Shown here one piece after another: positions 27,707 to 44,812 of a stretch of DNA of 64,000 nucleotides. Both the position numbers and the translations under genes were made by a program. The stretch lies in the NCBI RefSeq assembly GCF_009914755.1, contig NC_060931.1; one strand, written 5' to 3'. Source of the DNA: the human T2T-CHM13v2.0 reference genome, Homo sapiens. Positions within the stretch are counted from its first letter, which is position 1. Every line of letters starts with the position of its first letter. The notes beneath the pieces are model-generated. The model saw only the letters and a program-made list of their open reading frames with translations, did no database searches and had not been told where the DNA came from.

Positions 27707-27756
27707 TAAAGTGTGTACCCACTGTGCTCTCTTCAAAAGAAAATATGCATGAGACT

Positions 27757-27792
27757 GGTGCTGTGGCTTAGTTGGTTAAGGCGCCTGTCTAG
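27757..27792 (+). pseudogene. 5' half tRNA-Thr(AGT) tailless retropseudogene
   Basis: ggtgctgtggcttagttggttaaggcgcctgtctag vs recalled tRNA-Thr-AGT 5' half GGCGCCGTGGCTTAGTTGGTTAAAGCGCCTGTCTAG (33/36, two CpG-type transitions); stops in the anticodon; degenerate flanking direct repeats. Confidence 0.8.
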
Positions 27793-27804
27793 AAATGTGC
27801 ATTA

Positions 27805-28357
<553 letters not shown>

Positions 28358-28451
28358 GATTCTTCTGGGTGCTGCAGATGCTTTCAGTGAAAGCTTTTCA
28401 CAATCATGTAATTTCAGCACAAACTGTAGTTTCTTTGTGTCTTGGTTGTAG

Positions 28452-28603
28452 GCCATTGAAACTGCTCTGGACTGCCTGAAAAGCGCCAACACTGAGCCCT
28501 ACTACCGGAGGCAGGCGTGGGAAGTGATCAAATGCTTCCTGGTGGCCATGATGAGCCTGGAGGACAACAAGCACGCACTCTACCAGCTCCTGGCACACCC
28601 CAA
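28452..28603 (+). CDS. TRRAP: TRRAP exon 15 in window, 152 nt, AIETALDC...LLAHP(N)
   Basis: ttgtag|GCC ... AA|gtatgt. Confidence 0.96.
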
Positions 28604-29199
28604 GTATGTCGGCCACTTCCTTCTGTGTGGTTGGGTGGATCCTGTTTTAGGAATTGGGGCTGCAGAGGGCCTCCCAGGTTTCCTGGTGCTAGGAGCAGGC
28701 TCCTTGAAGTCCAGCAGATGCCATATTATCTACCTACTCCTTCTTGTTGGGGCCTTAGAGAAAATGGAAAGGAGAACTGGGTGCTTGAGAATTAGAAGGG
28801 ATCACAGTTGTCGCCTGCCTTTATTGTGTCTTGTCACCTCCTCCATTAGTTTGTAAGTGTGAAGAAATCAAGGGTCATGTCCCTTCTCCCTCCCTTTGTC
28901 TCACCATTCTGTCCACAGCAGCTGGCGCCTGAAAGGCATGCAGTGGACCCTCTGCATTTTCATTTCACAGTGATCTTTCTCCAGATATTTCTCATGTGAT
29001 GTCTGTATCTTGCTCTTACCTCTTGAGACTGTGCATGACCTTAATGTAATGATCTTTTGAGGTAACACACACATACCATTTTTCTGCATCGTAAGTTTCA
29101 GGGGATGGATTTTTCCTATATATTTTCACATTCTTCACTGCATCAGAAGTGATGCTGAGTATATAGTAGGTGCTCAGTTGTTTAAAGGACATTGAAGAG

Positions 29200-30423
<1,224 letters not shown>

Positions 30424-30506
30424 TTAAAAATTTGAAAAGAAGTCCTAGTGGAGTCATCAGCTCAGGAGTTGGGTGTCGTGACACCAGATCTGATTTTGCC
30501 TTTCAG

Positions 30507-30706
30507 CTTTACAGAAAAGACCATCCCCAATGTTATCATCTCACATCGCTACAAAGCCCAGGACACTCCAGCCCGGAAGACTTTTGAGCAGGCCCTGACA
30601 GGCGCCTTCATGTCTGCTGTCATTAAGGACCTGCGGCCCAGCGCCCTGCCCTTTGTCGCCAGCTTGATCCGCCACTATACGATGGTGGCAGTCGCCCAGC
30701 AGTGTG
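30507..30706 (+). CDS. TRRAP: TRRAP exon 16 in window, 200 nt, FTEKTIPN...VAQQC(G)
   Basis: tttcag|C TTT ... TGT G|gtgagc. Confidence 0.96.
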
Positions 30707-31244
30707 GTGAGCACGGGGGCACGGTGGGGCACGGGATTGGTTCTTTGACTTTTATAGGTGCTTTAAAAACTTGCTCAGGACATTTTGTTGTTCTAGAAAA
30801 AGCTGAGTTTGGCTGATTGATTTTCGGCTTTTATTTTCCAATTTTCCATTTACGACATTGATAATTGGTATTTCAGTGGTGGGCACTATATCAGCTTGAA
30901 AGTTACTACCTACCAAGTTTTGTTTGTAAGATAGACCCAATTTAATAATACTTCTGTGTCCAAGTGCTTTGGGACAAGCTGCCTGTGAAACAGACAGTTT
31001 GTGTTCATACTCACTGCTCACCTTCCTCTGCCTGGCTGTGTTTTCCAAGGCCAGTCTTGCCCTCCAGAAACTTCTCCATCACCTGCTCCCTGCTCTCCAA
31101 CCCATGCCTCGCAGTCTCCCCTGCGATGCCCGTTTCTGCTCCCAGGATCCTCATTCTGCTGTTCCTCCTGCCTGGAACGGCTGCTCACCTCCGTTTCAGT
31201 GGCTCTCACACTCTTGGTGGTGAAGGGCCACTTGTATTTGTTCA

Positions 31245-31642
<398 letters not shown>

Positions 31643-32099
31643 CTACTGTCAATTTCAGCATCTCCTCCCAGACCAGTCACAGTTCGTCTGCAGACCGCAC
31701 TGGAGTAGCACTGCCCAGTTGGTGTCCTCAAAGCCCCTCACCCTTAAGATCAACCAGCAGAGCACATAGAATTTTCCCCTTTAACTTTTCTTGGCCTGAC
31801 GGGTCAATACTGTACAATTTAGCACTTTGATTGTTTCTCAGTGTTTGTTCTTTGTTAACATTGTCTTTCTGGCAAAACTAAGCTTCTCAGTAACTTCCAC
31901 CTTGGACCTGGGTACCTCCGAGGCATTACCTAATAATGCTGTGGCCGACTGTTCTCTGCCATAGCTGGATGCCGTTGCTTTTTGTTGTTGTATGTTAGGA
32001 ATATCCGGAGCATAACCCATGGTCATTCCCATATTCTGCCCCTTGGCCTATTTAATAATTTTTTTAAAAAATGTTACCCCATTGTGGTTTTCTTTATTT

Positions 32100-32700
32100 T
32101 TTTTTTAATTTTTGTTTTGTTTTGCTTTTTAGATACAGAGTCTCACTTTGTTGCCCAGGCTGGAGTGCAGTGGCGTGGTCATGGCTCACTGCAGCCTCTA
32201 CCTGCTGAGCTCAAGTGATCCTCCTGCCTCATCCTCTTGAGTAGCTGGGACTACAGGCATGTAACACCACGCCCGGCTAATTTTTTTTTTTTTTTCAGAC
32301 GGGGTCTTGCTCTGTCGCCCAGGCTGGAGTGCAGTGGTGCGATCTCAGCTCACTGCAACCTCTGCCTCCCGGGTTGAAGTGATTCTCCTCCCTCACCCCT
32401 CCTGAGTAGCTGGGATTACAGGCACCTACCACCACGCCCGGGTAATTTTTTTGGTATTTTTAGTAGAGACGGGGTTTCACCACATTGGTCAGGCTGGTCT
32501 CATACTCCTGACCTCATGATCCACCCGCCTCGGCCTCCCAAAGTGCTGGGATAACAGGTGTGAGCCACCACACCCAGCCCACGCCCAGCTAATTTTTAAA
32601 AAAATTTTTATGGAGATGCATCTCATTATGTTGCTCAGGCTGGTCTTGAACTCCTGGCCTCAAGTGATTCCCCTGCCTTGGCTTCCCAAAGTACTGGGCT
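32100..32700 (-). mobile_element. Nested Alus: AluS (about 32281-32579) inserted in the linker of an AluJ
   Basis: cacgccc(g/a)gctaatttt duplicated at about 32268 and 32580. Confidence 0.85.
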
Positions 32701-32934
32701 TATTTAATTGTAAAAGATTATGAAAGTGGCAAAGTGGCATGAGCCACTGTGGTTCTCATTTTGAACTAATATATTTTTGAGTTATGATTGAGATACATGA
32801 AAATAACACAGTGTATCATAGAAAACGTTCAGAAAAATACAGCCTAAAGGCATATCAGACCACTTAATTTACACATAATTGCAGTTTAACAGAAGTTGGC
32901 TTGAAATCTCAGTGGTGGCTTTTTATGGAGTTTC

Positions 32935-33232
32935 TTTTTTTTTTAATTTATTTTTTTTTTGAGACGGAGTCTCACTCTGGCGGCCAGGCTGGAGTGCAGT
33001 GGTGTGATCTGCAACCTCCGTCTCCTGGGTTCAAGTGATTCTCCCGCCTCAGCCTCCTGAGTAGCTGGGATTACAGGCGCCTGCCACCATGCCTGGCTAA
33101 TTTTTGTATTTTTAGTAGAGATGGGGTTTCACCATGTTGGACTAGGCTGGTCTCAAACTTCTATGTCAAGTGATCCTCCTGCCTCGGCCTCCCAGAGTGC
33201 TGGGATTACGGGTGTGAGCCGCCGTGCCCTGC
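32935..33232 (-). mobile_element. AluS
   Basis: TSD ttttatggagtttct. Confidence 0.88.
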
Positions 33233-33328
33233 TTTTTATGGAGTTTCTAACTTCAAGGAAAACATTGGGGAGTTCTGCAGTTTGAGGGACAAGACTGTTC
33301 TCACGTGCCTTCCCATCTCTCCTTTTAG

Positions 33329-33546
33329 GCCCTTTCTTGCTGCCTTGCTACCAGGTGGGCAGCCAGCCCAGCACAGCCATGTTTCACAGTGAAGAAAATG
33401 GCTCGAAAGGAATGGATCCTTTGGTTCTCATTGATGCAATTGCTATTTGTATGGCATATGAAGAAAAGGAGCTTTGCAAAATCGGGGAGGTGGCCCTAGC
33501 TGTGATATTTGATGTTGCAAGTATCATCCTGGGCTCCAAGGAGAGG
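33329..33546 (+). CDS. TRRAP: TRRAP exon 17 in window, 218 nt, PFLLPCYQ...GSKER
   Basis: ttttag|GC CCT ... AGG|gtaagg. Confidence 0.96.
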
Positions 33547-33634
33547 GTAAGGAAGGGTTGAGGAGTGTCTTCTGATTTGGAGGGTGTCTGTACCTGAGAG
33601 TGGTCCTTCTAGAAACTGATAGTTTAAGAATTGC

Positions 33635-33927
<293 letters not shown>

Positions 33928-33972
33928 AAGAATTGCAGTAACGTGTTGTGGTTTGTTCATTTTCCTCTCCAG

Positions 33973-34170
33973 GCCTGCCAGCTGCCCCTGTTTTCTTACA
34001 TCGTGGAGCGCCTGTGTGCATGTTGTTATGAACAGGCGTGGTATGCAAAGCTGGGGGGTGTGGTGTCTATTAAGTTTCTCATGGAGCGGCTGCCTCTCAC
34101 TTGGGTTCTCCAGAACCAGCAGACATTCCTGAAAGCACTTCTCTTTGTCATGATGGACTTAACTGGAGAG
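33973..34170 (+). CDS. TRRAP: TRRAP exon 18 in window, 198 nt, ACQLPLFS...DLTGE
   Basis: ctccag|GCC ... GAG|gtaggt. Confidence 0.96.
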
Positions 34171-34744
34171 GTAGGTGATGGGTGGCCCCAAACCTAACCA
34201 TGCTGTTTTTGAAATGGTGGTTTCCTGAAGAATACTATAAGATCCTTCTGCAAATATGCTCTCCTAGCAGCATGGTGACTTTGATACTCAGATTTCATTT
34301 CAGCATCTTCACTAAAAGGACAGCTCAGAGCTCCCATAGGCCTTCTGTGGGTATCTAAATACCTGTTTGCTTTGATAAAGAACAGTTACAGGCCACAGTG
34401 TTTACCACAGTGTGTCTGAAAAGGGGAATTCTGCTTCTCATGTGCTGTTTCCGGAGGAGCTGCATTCTTAAACCTATGCAGATATGACTCACACCAGTAG
34501 AACATGATGGGCATTGCCAGCTTATCTGGTGAATGCAGGGGTCACATTTGGATCCACATTTTCTGATTAGGTGACTTAGGGACTAAAGCACCAAGTGGGT
34601 GCCGTGAAGTCACCTCATTAAAGCAGCTGGCGAGAAGGGCATGGACCCCAGTGACAGTCTTTATGGCAGACAGGTGTGCAGGAGACGGCAGTTGCAGTGG
34701 GTGGCATCGCCCTGCTTTCATTCTAAGACATCCCTGACTTGCAG

Positions 34745-35005
34745 GTTTCCAATGGGGCAGTCGCTATGGCAAAGACCACGCTGGAGCAGCTTCTGATGCG
34801 GTGCGCAACGCCTTTAAAAGACGAGGAGAGAGCCGAAGAGATCGTGGCCGCCCAGGAAAAGTCTTTCCACCATGTGACACACGACTTGGTTCGAGAAGTC
34901 ACCTCTCCAAACTCCACTGTGAGGAAGCAGGCCATGCATTCGCTGCAGGTGTTGGCCCAGGTCACTGGGAAGAGTGTCACGGTGATCATGGAACCCCACA
35001 AAGAG
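34745..35005 (+). CDS. TRRAP: TRRAP exon 19 in window, 261 nt, VSNGAVAM...EPHKE
   Basis: ttgcag|GTT ... GAG|gtgaga. Confidence 0.96.
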
Positions 35006-35100
35006 GTGAGATTTCTGTCACCAGAACCAAGGTAATTTCAACAAAACTTTTGAGCCTTTTTTTTAAATTTGAGTTGAGGTGATACTCCGTTTATAATTTT

Positions 35101-36208
<1,108 letters not shown>

Positions 36209-36581
36209 ACCGTTGTGCCTGCTCTTTATGACTTGAGATTTGCAAAAAACAGTGTACTTCAAGAGAGTAGAGGGTAGCATTCCTGAGGCTATAGCACAGT
36301 CTGGTAGTTTTATTCTTGTTTTGTTGTGGTTTTGTCTTTTGTTTTGGATTTTTTTTTTTTTTTAATTTTTAAAGAGAGAGAGGTTACGCTGTACCTTTAG
36401 GAACTAACATCTTACATGCCTCTCCACGACCGAGGTTTTGCACATGAAATGTATCTCCCGTTCCCTAATGAGAAGATATCTGTAATAACTTTGGATCTCA
36501 AACATGGTTTTCACATTTTTAAAAAGTGTTTGTGTCTCAAGGGGCAGCTGGTGAGTGGTGCCTCCTCCTTGGCTTCCCCAG

Positions 36582-36743
36582 GTCCTGCAGGATATGGTCC
36601 CCCCTAAGAAGCACCTGCTCCGACACCAGCCTGCCAACGCACAGATTGGCCTGATGGAGGGGAACACGTTCTGTACCACGTTGCAGCCCAGGCTCTTCAC
36701 AATGGACCTTAACGTGGTGGAGCATAAGGTGTTCTACACAGAG
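36582..36743 (+). CDS. TRRAP: TRRAP exon 20 in window, 162 nt, VLQDMVPP...VFYTE
   Basis: ccccag|GTC ... GAG|gtaggg. Confidence 0.96.
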
Positions 36744-37919
36744 GTAGGGGGGTGGTGGTGCGGAGTGGTGTGGATGGTGATGACGTGTGTCTGCTAGCCT
36801 GTCTTTGTACGCGAAGACTGGTCAGGCAGCATTCAGAGAAGGCTCGGGCGGGGACCTGCAGGTAACCCACTGACACCTGGCACAGCAACCTGAGCAGGTA
36901 TGTTGCGTCTGGGCTCGGGCGGAAGGGAGGTATGGCCAGCAGAGACGCTGATGTCTTGTGAGTTCTCAGAACTCTGTTAGCCCCAACAGGAATCTTTGCT
37001 TGAATTTAGGGCCTCAAGGTTGTATTTTAAAGATGAAGCTGCACCCAGTTGCTTTAATCATTCTTAGATCAGCTGGCCCGGCACAAGTGCCAATTTATTG
37101 CATTCATTAATCACTGAAATGTGCCATGTGCTGTTGAGAACATCACACAAGTGCCCTAAGTTCTGACAGCACCCCCTGAAGTGTAGGGGTTGAGCTGTTT
37201 GTTCTTACTTTGAAGGTGTGGAAACTGAGGCTTAGAGTTTGCTGATTACCCAAAGCCACAGGGCAGGTGAGCTGGAGAGCTTGAATTTAAGCCAGGACTG
37301 TTATTTAGAGCATGATTCCTAATCACTGCACTGTCCAGCCGAGTTCTTATTTTTTTTAGTGGACTTGATTTGTCCCTTGACCCAAACACGGACCCTGGCA
37401 GATGGCATCTTATGAGTATTTGTCACTGTAAACATTCCAGTGTGGGGTGCTATTAGTCTGACAAACAGGAATGAAACTGTGGGTGTTGCCAAATTATAAG
37501 CAACATCTTTAGAATACAGTAGTGGTCTGGTGATCAGATAAAATTTAAAATTTTTATGGGACATGAATCACACTTGCAGAGGCATTGTCAGAGTATACCG
37601 TGGCAAAAATCAGAAGAAAGCAAATTCTTCCAGGTCCATACTGTCTGAATTTCTGATTATGAAAATTTACCTCTTGACATTTTAAGGTCCTGTTTTTGCT
37701 TGGACATATGGTTATAGGATCATATGATCTGGCTCTGATCTTTATACCTTATCATTTGTAAGGCTTGACAGAAGGTCAAGACCTTTAGGAAATGCATAAC
37801 TTCCCTTGGCTGATCTAGAGACAGATGTATTTTAACCTGCATGGAAAACTCCTCACTGCACTTAAGACCAGAGCCTGGCAGTATTGAGGGCATGAAACTG
37901 GTTTTCCAGATGTCTCTCA

Positions 37920-38055
37920 GTGCCTGGCTGCATCAGAACACGTGCGGATCTTTTGAAAAGCATGGACTCGAGTCCTTTCCTTGGAGATTCAGGTTCAGTC
38001 CATTTGGGTGAGACCTGGGAATCCACTGTCTGAAAGCTTCCCAGGTGATGCTGTG
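37920..38055. mobile_element. MER5-like hAT remnant
   Basis: ctgcatcagaac...gagattcaggttcagt..ctgggaatc..gcttcccaggtgatgctg. Confidence 0.5.
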
Positions 38056-38633
38056 TGGCTGTGTTGGGGTTTTGTTTTGTAGTTGACTTCTCTCTCTCCA
38101 TACCTGCACGCATATATACACGCATGCCCTTATATGTGAGGAGAGTATTTTTGAAGGTCATACAAGGCCCTAGCAACAGTGGTTTCCTCTGGGCAGTGGA
38201 ATGGGGTGGGTGGCTTGAAGTGCTTTTCACTCTGTATCCTTTTCTGCTGTTTTAAGTCTTTTACCAGGTTGGAATCTTTTAAGGGGGAAAAATGATATTA
38301 GCCTATACTAGTTTTCCAGGATGTGAATGAAGAGAAGGGGGAAATAGTGATAGAGCACGATATCTGTTATTTAGATAACAGATAGAGAAATATCTACTTG
38401 TGTGGTAAAATATCTGGAAGGATAGCCACTGGAATTCCCAGTGATGTTCAGCTTCCTACTTTATGCTTTTCTGTACTTGAAAAAAAAAAGTGTGTTCACT
38501 TAAATATTTGAATTATAGCCCATCTGTTTCTTGAACACTTGTCTGAGGCCCTGGGGAGGCTGATCTGAACCAGGAAGAGACGGCCCTGCCATCATGGGAT
38601 TTGCAGTTAGATAAAGTAACCCCCTGTTTTGAG

Positions 38634-38703
38634 GAGAAAAAAAAACGTGATGGTATCAGAGTGGGTGAGAAAAAAACATGGTGGTATCAGAGTGGGTGAG
38701 AAA
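38634..38703. repeat. About 31-33-bp tandem duplication (gagaaaaaaac.tg.tggtatcagagtgggt x2)
   Basis: Seen directly. Confidence 0.85.
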
Positions 38704-38919
38704 GTGTCTAAGAATTCTTTCCACTAATGAAGTAAACTGAGTTTTGCCTTAAAGAGGCTCAGTCATACTTTGATACTTAAAATCTTTAGGATTTGAGCTT
38801 AGTTTGTCAGTTGTTAATTGTGTTGCAGTGTGTGGAAGATTGCTGTGTTCTGTTATTTGCAAGGTTATTATGTCTTCACAGGAAGAGTGGGCTAAATGAA
38901 ATTGTTTTATCTTTTGCAG

Positions 38920-39016
38920 CTGTTGAATTTGTGTGAGGCTGAAGATTCAGCTTTAACAAAGCTGCCCTGTTATAAAAGCCTTCCGTCACTCGTACCTTTA
39001 CGAATTGCGGCATTAA
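38920..39016 (+). CDS. TRRAP: TRRAP exon 21 in window, 97 nt, LLNLCEAE...RIAAL(N)
   Basis: ttgcag|CTG ... TTA A|gtaagt. Confidence 0.96.
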
Positions 39017-40286
39017 GTAAGTTAATGAAAATCTACGGGGTATAAAAGTGAAAGGAGACTGACCACAGGAGGTCTATAGAAAAAAAAAGTGGCCTTTTGT
39101 TGTTGTCTAATTTTTATGACTTTTTGTAGTCTTTTTAAGATGGGATCAAAAAATTATTTTTGTATGTTTATCAAACTGTGTAATGAGATGCCATAAAATT
39201 ACATGTGTTGTTAGGATTGAAGTAATTTTGTGCTTTATAGTAAAGTCTGTTGTTGTTTTATGAATCAGACGTTCTGGTTTAAAAGGATTGTCGTATCATT
39301 CATATGGTGCCAGAATCAGAGTGTATATATAGTAAGGGACATGACAGCCTTAGAAGCTTTTCAATGACTCAAGCATTTGTTAATCCTGCAGTCTCTAGCT
39401 TTTCACTGGGAAACCTCAGTTATCATTGTCAAGCACAGGAATGATGCAAAGTGTAGGAAAATAGACTAGATCTGTATTGGCTGAGATAGAAACAATCATT
39501 TTCTTTCTAGTGGGGAGTGAAGGTGAATACCCAATACAAACTTTTTTGGTTGACTCTCTCCTGCTTTGTTGATTTTTATGCTCTTAATAACATATTTCCA
39601 GAATCTTTCTTGAGTTAGAGGTGGAGAGCTTAGAGGCAGACCATAATACCTGAGCTAGAAGATGGGGTGGAGTGTTCCAGACAGTGCAAGCCAAAGCCAA
39701 CAGGGGGACCAGGGGTGACTGGCAGCTTTCTTCTTCTCTTGGGGTCCCTTCTTTGGGGAACTCTCCTGTGCCTCCTTCCTGTTAGCCATTGTGGGTGCTA
39801 CTTTTGCTAGAATGAATGTTACCTGTCACCTGACATAGAAGGTTGAGGTGTGTCTCCTTCCCTAAGAATATTTGCCTTTTGAAAGTCTTAAAGCCTTTTA
39901 CCCTCAAAGCTGGGTAGTGAAGAAAGGCTGGGCTGTGTGTGTCTGTCCCCTGCATTGCCTGTCACTGGAGGACCAGAGACCGTGCCATCAGCCTTGTTCA
40001 GATGGGCCTGTCCTGGATCCAGCCACCCCATTACCCTATGAAGGTGTCCTGGGATAGGGGTGTCAGTGGGTTCTCTCTTCTTCCCCCTCAAGCTTTCTTC
40101 TTCTCATCTGAAGACGTAAGATTTATCATGGCTTTTCTGGCAGGCTGGACTTCACTCTTAGATTATACTCAACATGTGGATGGAAGACCATGTGTACTTT
40201 TGTCTTTCTCAGGGCCAAACACTAGGAAAGAGGGCTCGTGGTTCATATTTTTTGCTGGTTGGTAGGAGCCTTTGGGAAAGAAAATT

Positions 40287-40430
40287 CAGCCGGGGGCAGT
40301 GGCTCACAGCTGTAATCCTAGCACTGGGGAGGCCAGGGCAGGAGAATCCCTTGAGGCCAGGAGTTAGAGATGAACCTGGGCAACATAGCAAGACACCTTC
40401 TCTACCAAATAATAATAATAAATAAATACA
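40287..40430 (+). mobile_element. FLAM/Alu left monomer
   Basis: Single arm with (AAT/AAAT)n tail. Confidence 0.75.
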
Positions 40431-40496
40431 GAGAAGAAAATTATTTGGGCATCTTTCCAGTTAATAATGGAATTGTCTTGATTTCTCTCCCTGAAG

Positions 40497-40618
40497 ATGC
40501 ACTTGCTGCCTGCAATTACCTTCCTCAGTCCAGGGAGAAAATCATCGCTGCACTCTTCAAAGCCCTGAATTCCACCAATAGTGAGCTCCAAGAGGCCGGA
40601 GAAGCCTGTATGAGAAAG
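40497..40618 (+). CDS. TRRAP: TRRAP exon 22 in window, 122 nt, ALAACNYL...ACMRK
   Basis: ctgaag|AT GCA ... AAG|gtgagt (AAG acceptor). Confidence 0.94.
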
Positions 40619-40990
40619 GTGAGTGTGTGTGCGTGCGTGTATGCGCACGCGTGTGTGCACACACATGTGTGTGTACTCTGCATTAAGAGTTCTTCCTGTT
40701 TATTGCTATATAAACAGTGTATGCCTAAAAGGCTTTATGCATGTGGTTATTACACACTAAACTGTAATAAGAATATACCTGTTTCATAGTCATACTGAGT
40801 TTTTTAAAATATTAAACAGTAAAGATAAGTCTCCATCATTTCGTCATAAATTTCTGAAATAGTATATGATTAATATTCCATCTTCCTAAAGGAGAACGGA
40901 AACTTGCAGCTAAGGTTGAAGATGAGTTCTGTTCTATTATGAAGTGTCCTCAGTTGTCTATTTTTCTTTACAACTTTTCTTTTTTAATAG

Positions 40991-41161
40991 TTTTTAGAAG
41001 GTGCTACCATAGAAGTCGATCAAATCCACACACATATGCGACCTTTGCTGATGATGCTGGGAGATTACCGGAGCTTGACGCTGAATGTTGTGAATCGCCT
41101 GACTTCGGTCACGAGGCTCTTCCCAAATTCCTTCAATGATAAATTTTGTGATCAGATGATG
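40991..41161 (+). CDS. TRRAP: TRRAP exon 23 in window, 171 nt, FLEGATIE...CDQMM
   Basis: taatag|TTT ... ATG|gtaagc. Confidence 0.95.
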
Positions 41162-41214
41162 GTAAGCCAAATGCATTTAAACGCTCTGTAACAAACTTTC
41201 AAAAAATTAAATTA

Positions 41215-41699
<485 letters not shown>

Positions 41700-41700
<1 letters not shown>

Positions 41701-42260
41701 AATGCATTCAGATGGCTTAAAATTGAAAAGGTGTAAAAGGATGTACTGCAGAAAGCCTCCCTCCCACCCTGTCCTCCAGCTACCCAGTCCCCTCCCTGAG
41801 ACAGCCAGGGTTAAGACTTTGTTGTGTATCCTTTTAGAGATGTTTTATATGTGTAAGAGGACATATGTGTATATATTTTTTCCTATAAAAGGGGGTACAA
41901 TATATATATATACACAGTCCTTGCTTTTCCCATTTAACAGCCATCATTTCATGTCAGTACCTGAAGTACTTCATTCTGCTTTATGGCTGCAGAATACCTC
42001 ATGACATGAACTTGCCATAATTTATTTAACCATGGCCTCACTGGTGAACATTTAGATTGTTCCCAGCCTTTTCATTATATACCATGATGCACTGAAAGAC
42101 TTGTTCATAATTTCACATGCTTTTATCTGTGGTGTACATTTCTAGTTGTAGAATTTCTGGATCAAAAGAATGTATGCATTTTAATCTTTCAACACCTTGT
42201 CAAATTGCTCTCCAAAGAAATTTTTACCAATATACACTCCTACAAAATAGATAAGTGTGC
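41700..42260 (-). mobile_element. Old L1 (L1ME-like) fragment
   Basis: ggtgaacatttagattgttcccagccttt; caaattgctctccaaaga..ccaatatacactcc. Confidence 0.55.
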
Positions 42261-43159
42261 CTTCTTTCATACAGTCTTGGGTGAGAACATTGGAAGTCCT
42301 TTGGGTTTTTAGAATTACCAGAGAAATAATTATGCAGGAAAAAACCCATTTGACAGTGTTTAAAATTGAAATGTAAGCGGATGGAGGATTTCATCTGTTA
42401 GCTTTCTTTTGCATTCAATTTTGCTTCTGGTAAATGGATTTATAAATAATAAACAGGATTTAATGGTCCACCACTGCAAACATGAATGTATTTTTCATGC
42501 TTATGTTTCCCAAGTAGCCTTTGACCATTTGACGTTTTAAGATACTGGAGCTACTTTTTTATTTTTGGTGTACCTTTCCCCCAACTATAAACAGGAGTTT
42601 ATATCTACTGATGGACAGATAAGGTAGAGATTGCATTATGTAGAGAGAGATATTGCAGGTATGGATACATTGTGTGTGATACAGTGTATCACAGTGCACA
42701 GATACATTGTATTTATCTACACATGGAATGTAGAGAAATCTCTCATATATGAAAGACACGTAGCTTTTTACCTCATCTATATGCTAGTTTCTTCATATCT
42801 ACAAGTACCTAAATAATAATGACCCAAATACTAAAATTGTAAGTTATGCCCTAATAATACATTATAATTGAAAAACAAAGTATAATATGGAAGTGAATTT
42901 TCCAAATTGGGGACTTTCACCTTAAGCTTCCAAATATATGTAATACACATACACACCTATCAGTTTCCATATATTCCATATATTCACAAGAGTGGCTAAA
43001 ATAAATATATAAAGTTACATCACTTCCTAATCAGAGCTCATCCAATAAACACTTTATCTTACATCCTGTATTACGGCTGAGGTGCTTTCACACATGAGGC
43101 CCATGAGCTCTATGCATGTGTCCAAATGTCCTAATGCTTTTGTGTATGTCTCCTCTTGA

Positions 43160-43790
<631 letters not shown>

Positions 43791-44344
43791 GCCTGTTTAT
43801 TTTTAGTCCCCAGTCTAACCCTTCAGACCTGCTGTGAGCTGGGAATTCATTCAGTGAACATTGTTACCCAGATTTTTTTTTAGTGCAGTACGAAGACAGC
43901 TGCCTTAATGTCTGTAGTTTCTGACCAAGGCCAGTGTTCTTTCTGCCTAAAATAAATCACATGGGTTTTGTGTTAATGGTTCATTTAGGTGAATTTTTTC
44001 CTCCCTTTTCTGCTCTCTGAGTGGTTCAAACTGGAGGAGTTTGCATCCAGACGTTTTCATCCAGCATCCACCTGGACTTAACGTTGACGGTGCCTTTGCG
44101 CTTAGTGGCAGAGGTCTTCCTGAATTACACCTGCCTGCTGTGCTCTGCCAGAGGCAGTGGTAAGGGACACACTTTTCCCTACTTAATCATGTTCTTCAGA
44201 ACCAAGTTCAGTCACTGCTGGAGCTCTTGTTTTCCCTCATAAGCCTTCGAGTTTAATAGCTCAAGCCATCAGCAGAATTTTAAGAGCCAAGGCACCTTAC
44301 TTTTAGGGTGTGCATTCATGAAAACAACCCTGAAAATTTACCTT

Positions 44345-44470
44345 TCTTTAAGAGTTTTAGAGTTTTAGCTCTTACATTTAGGTCTTTGGCCCATTTTGAG
44401 TTCATTTTTGTATATGGCATTAGATAATGGTCCAACTTCATTCTTTTGCATATGATGTTCAGTTTCCTTA
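44345..44470 (-). mobile_element. L1 ORF2 fragment
   Basis: Minus-strand translation [35 protein letters not shown] resembles the L1 ORF2 C-terminal region. Confidence 0.8.
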
Positions 44471-44500
44471 AGATTGAGTTACCTGACATATGATTATTAA

Positions 44501-44812
<312 letters not shown>

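Noticed and set aside
38651-38692. tggtatcagag twice, resembling the tRNA-iMet primer-binding site of plant LTR retroelements and caulimoviruses
   Set aside because: Only 11 nt, no adjacent LTR end or coding remnants; doubling is explained by a local tandem duplication
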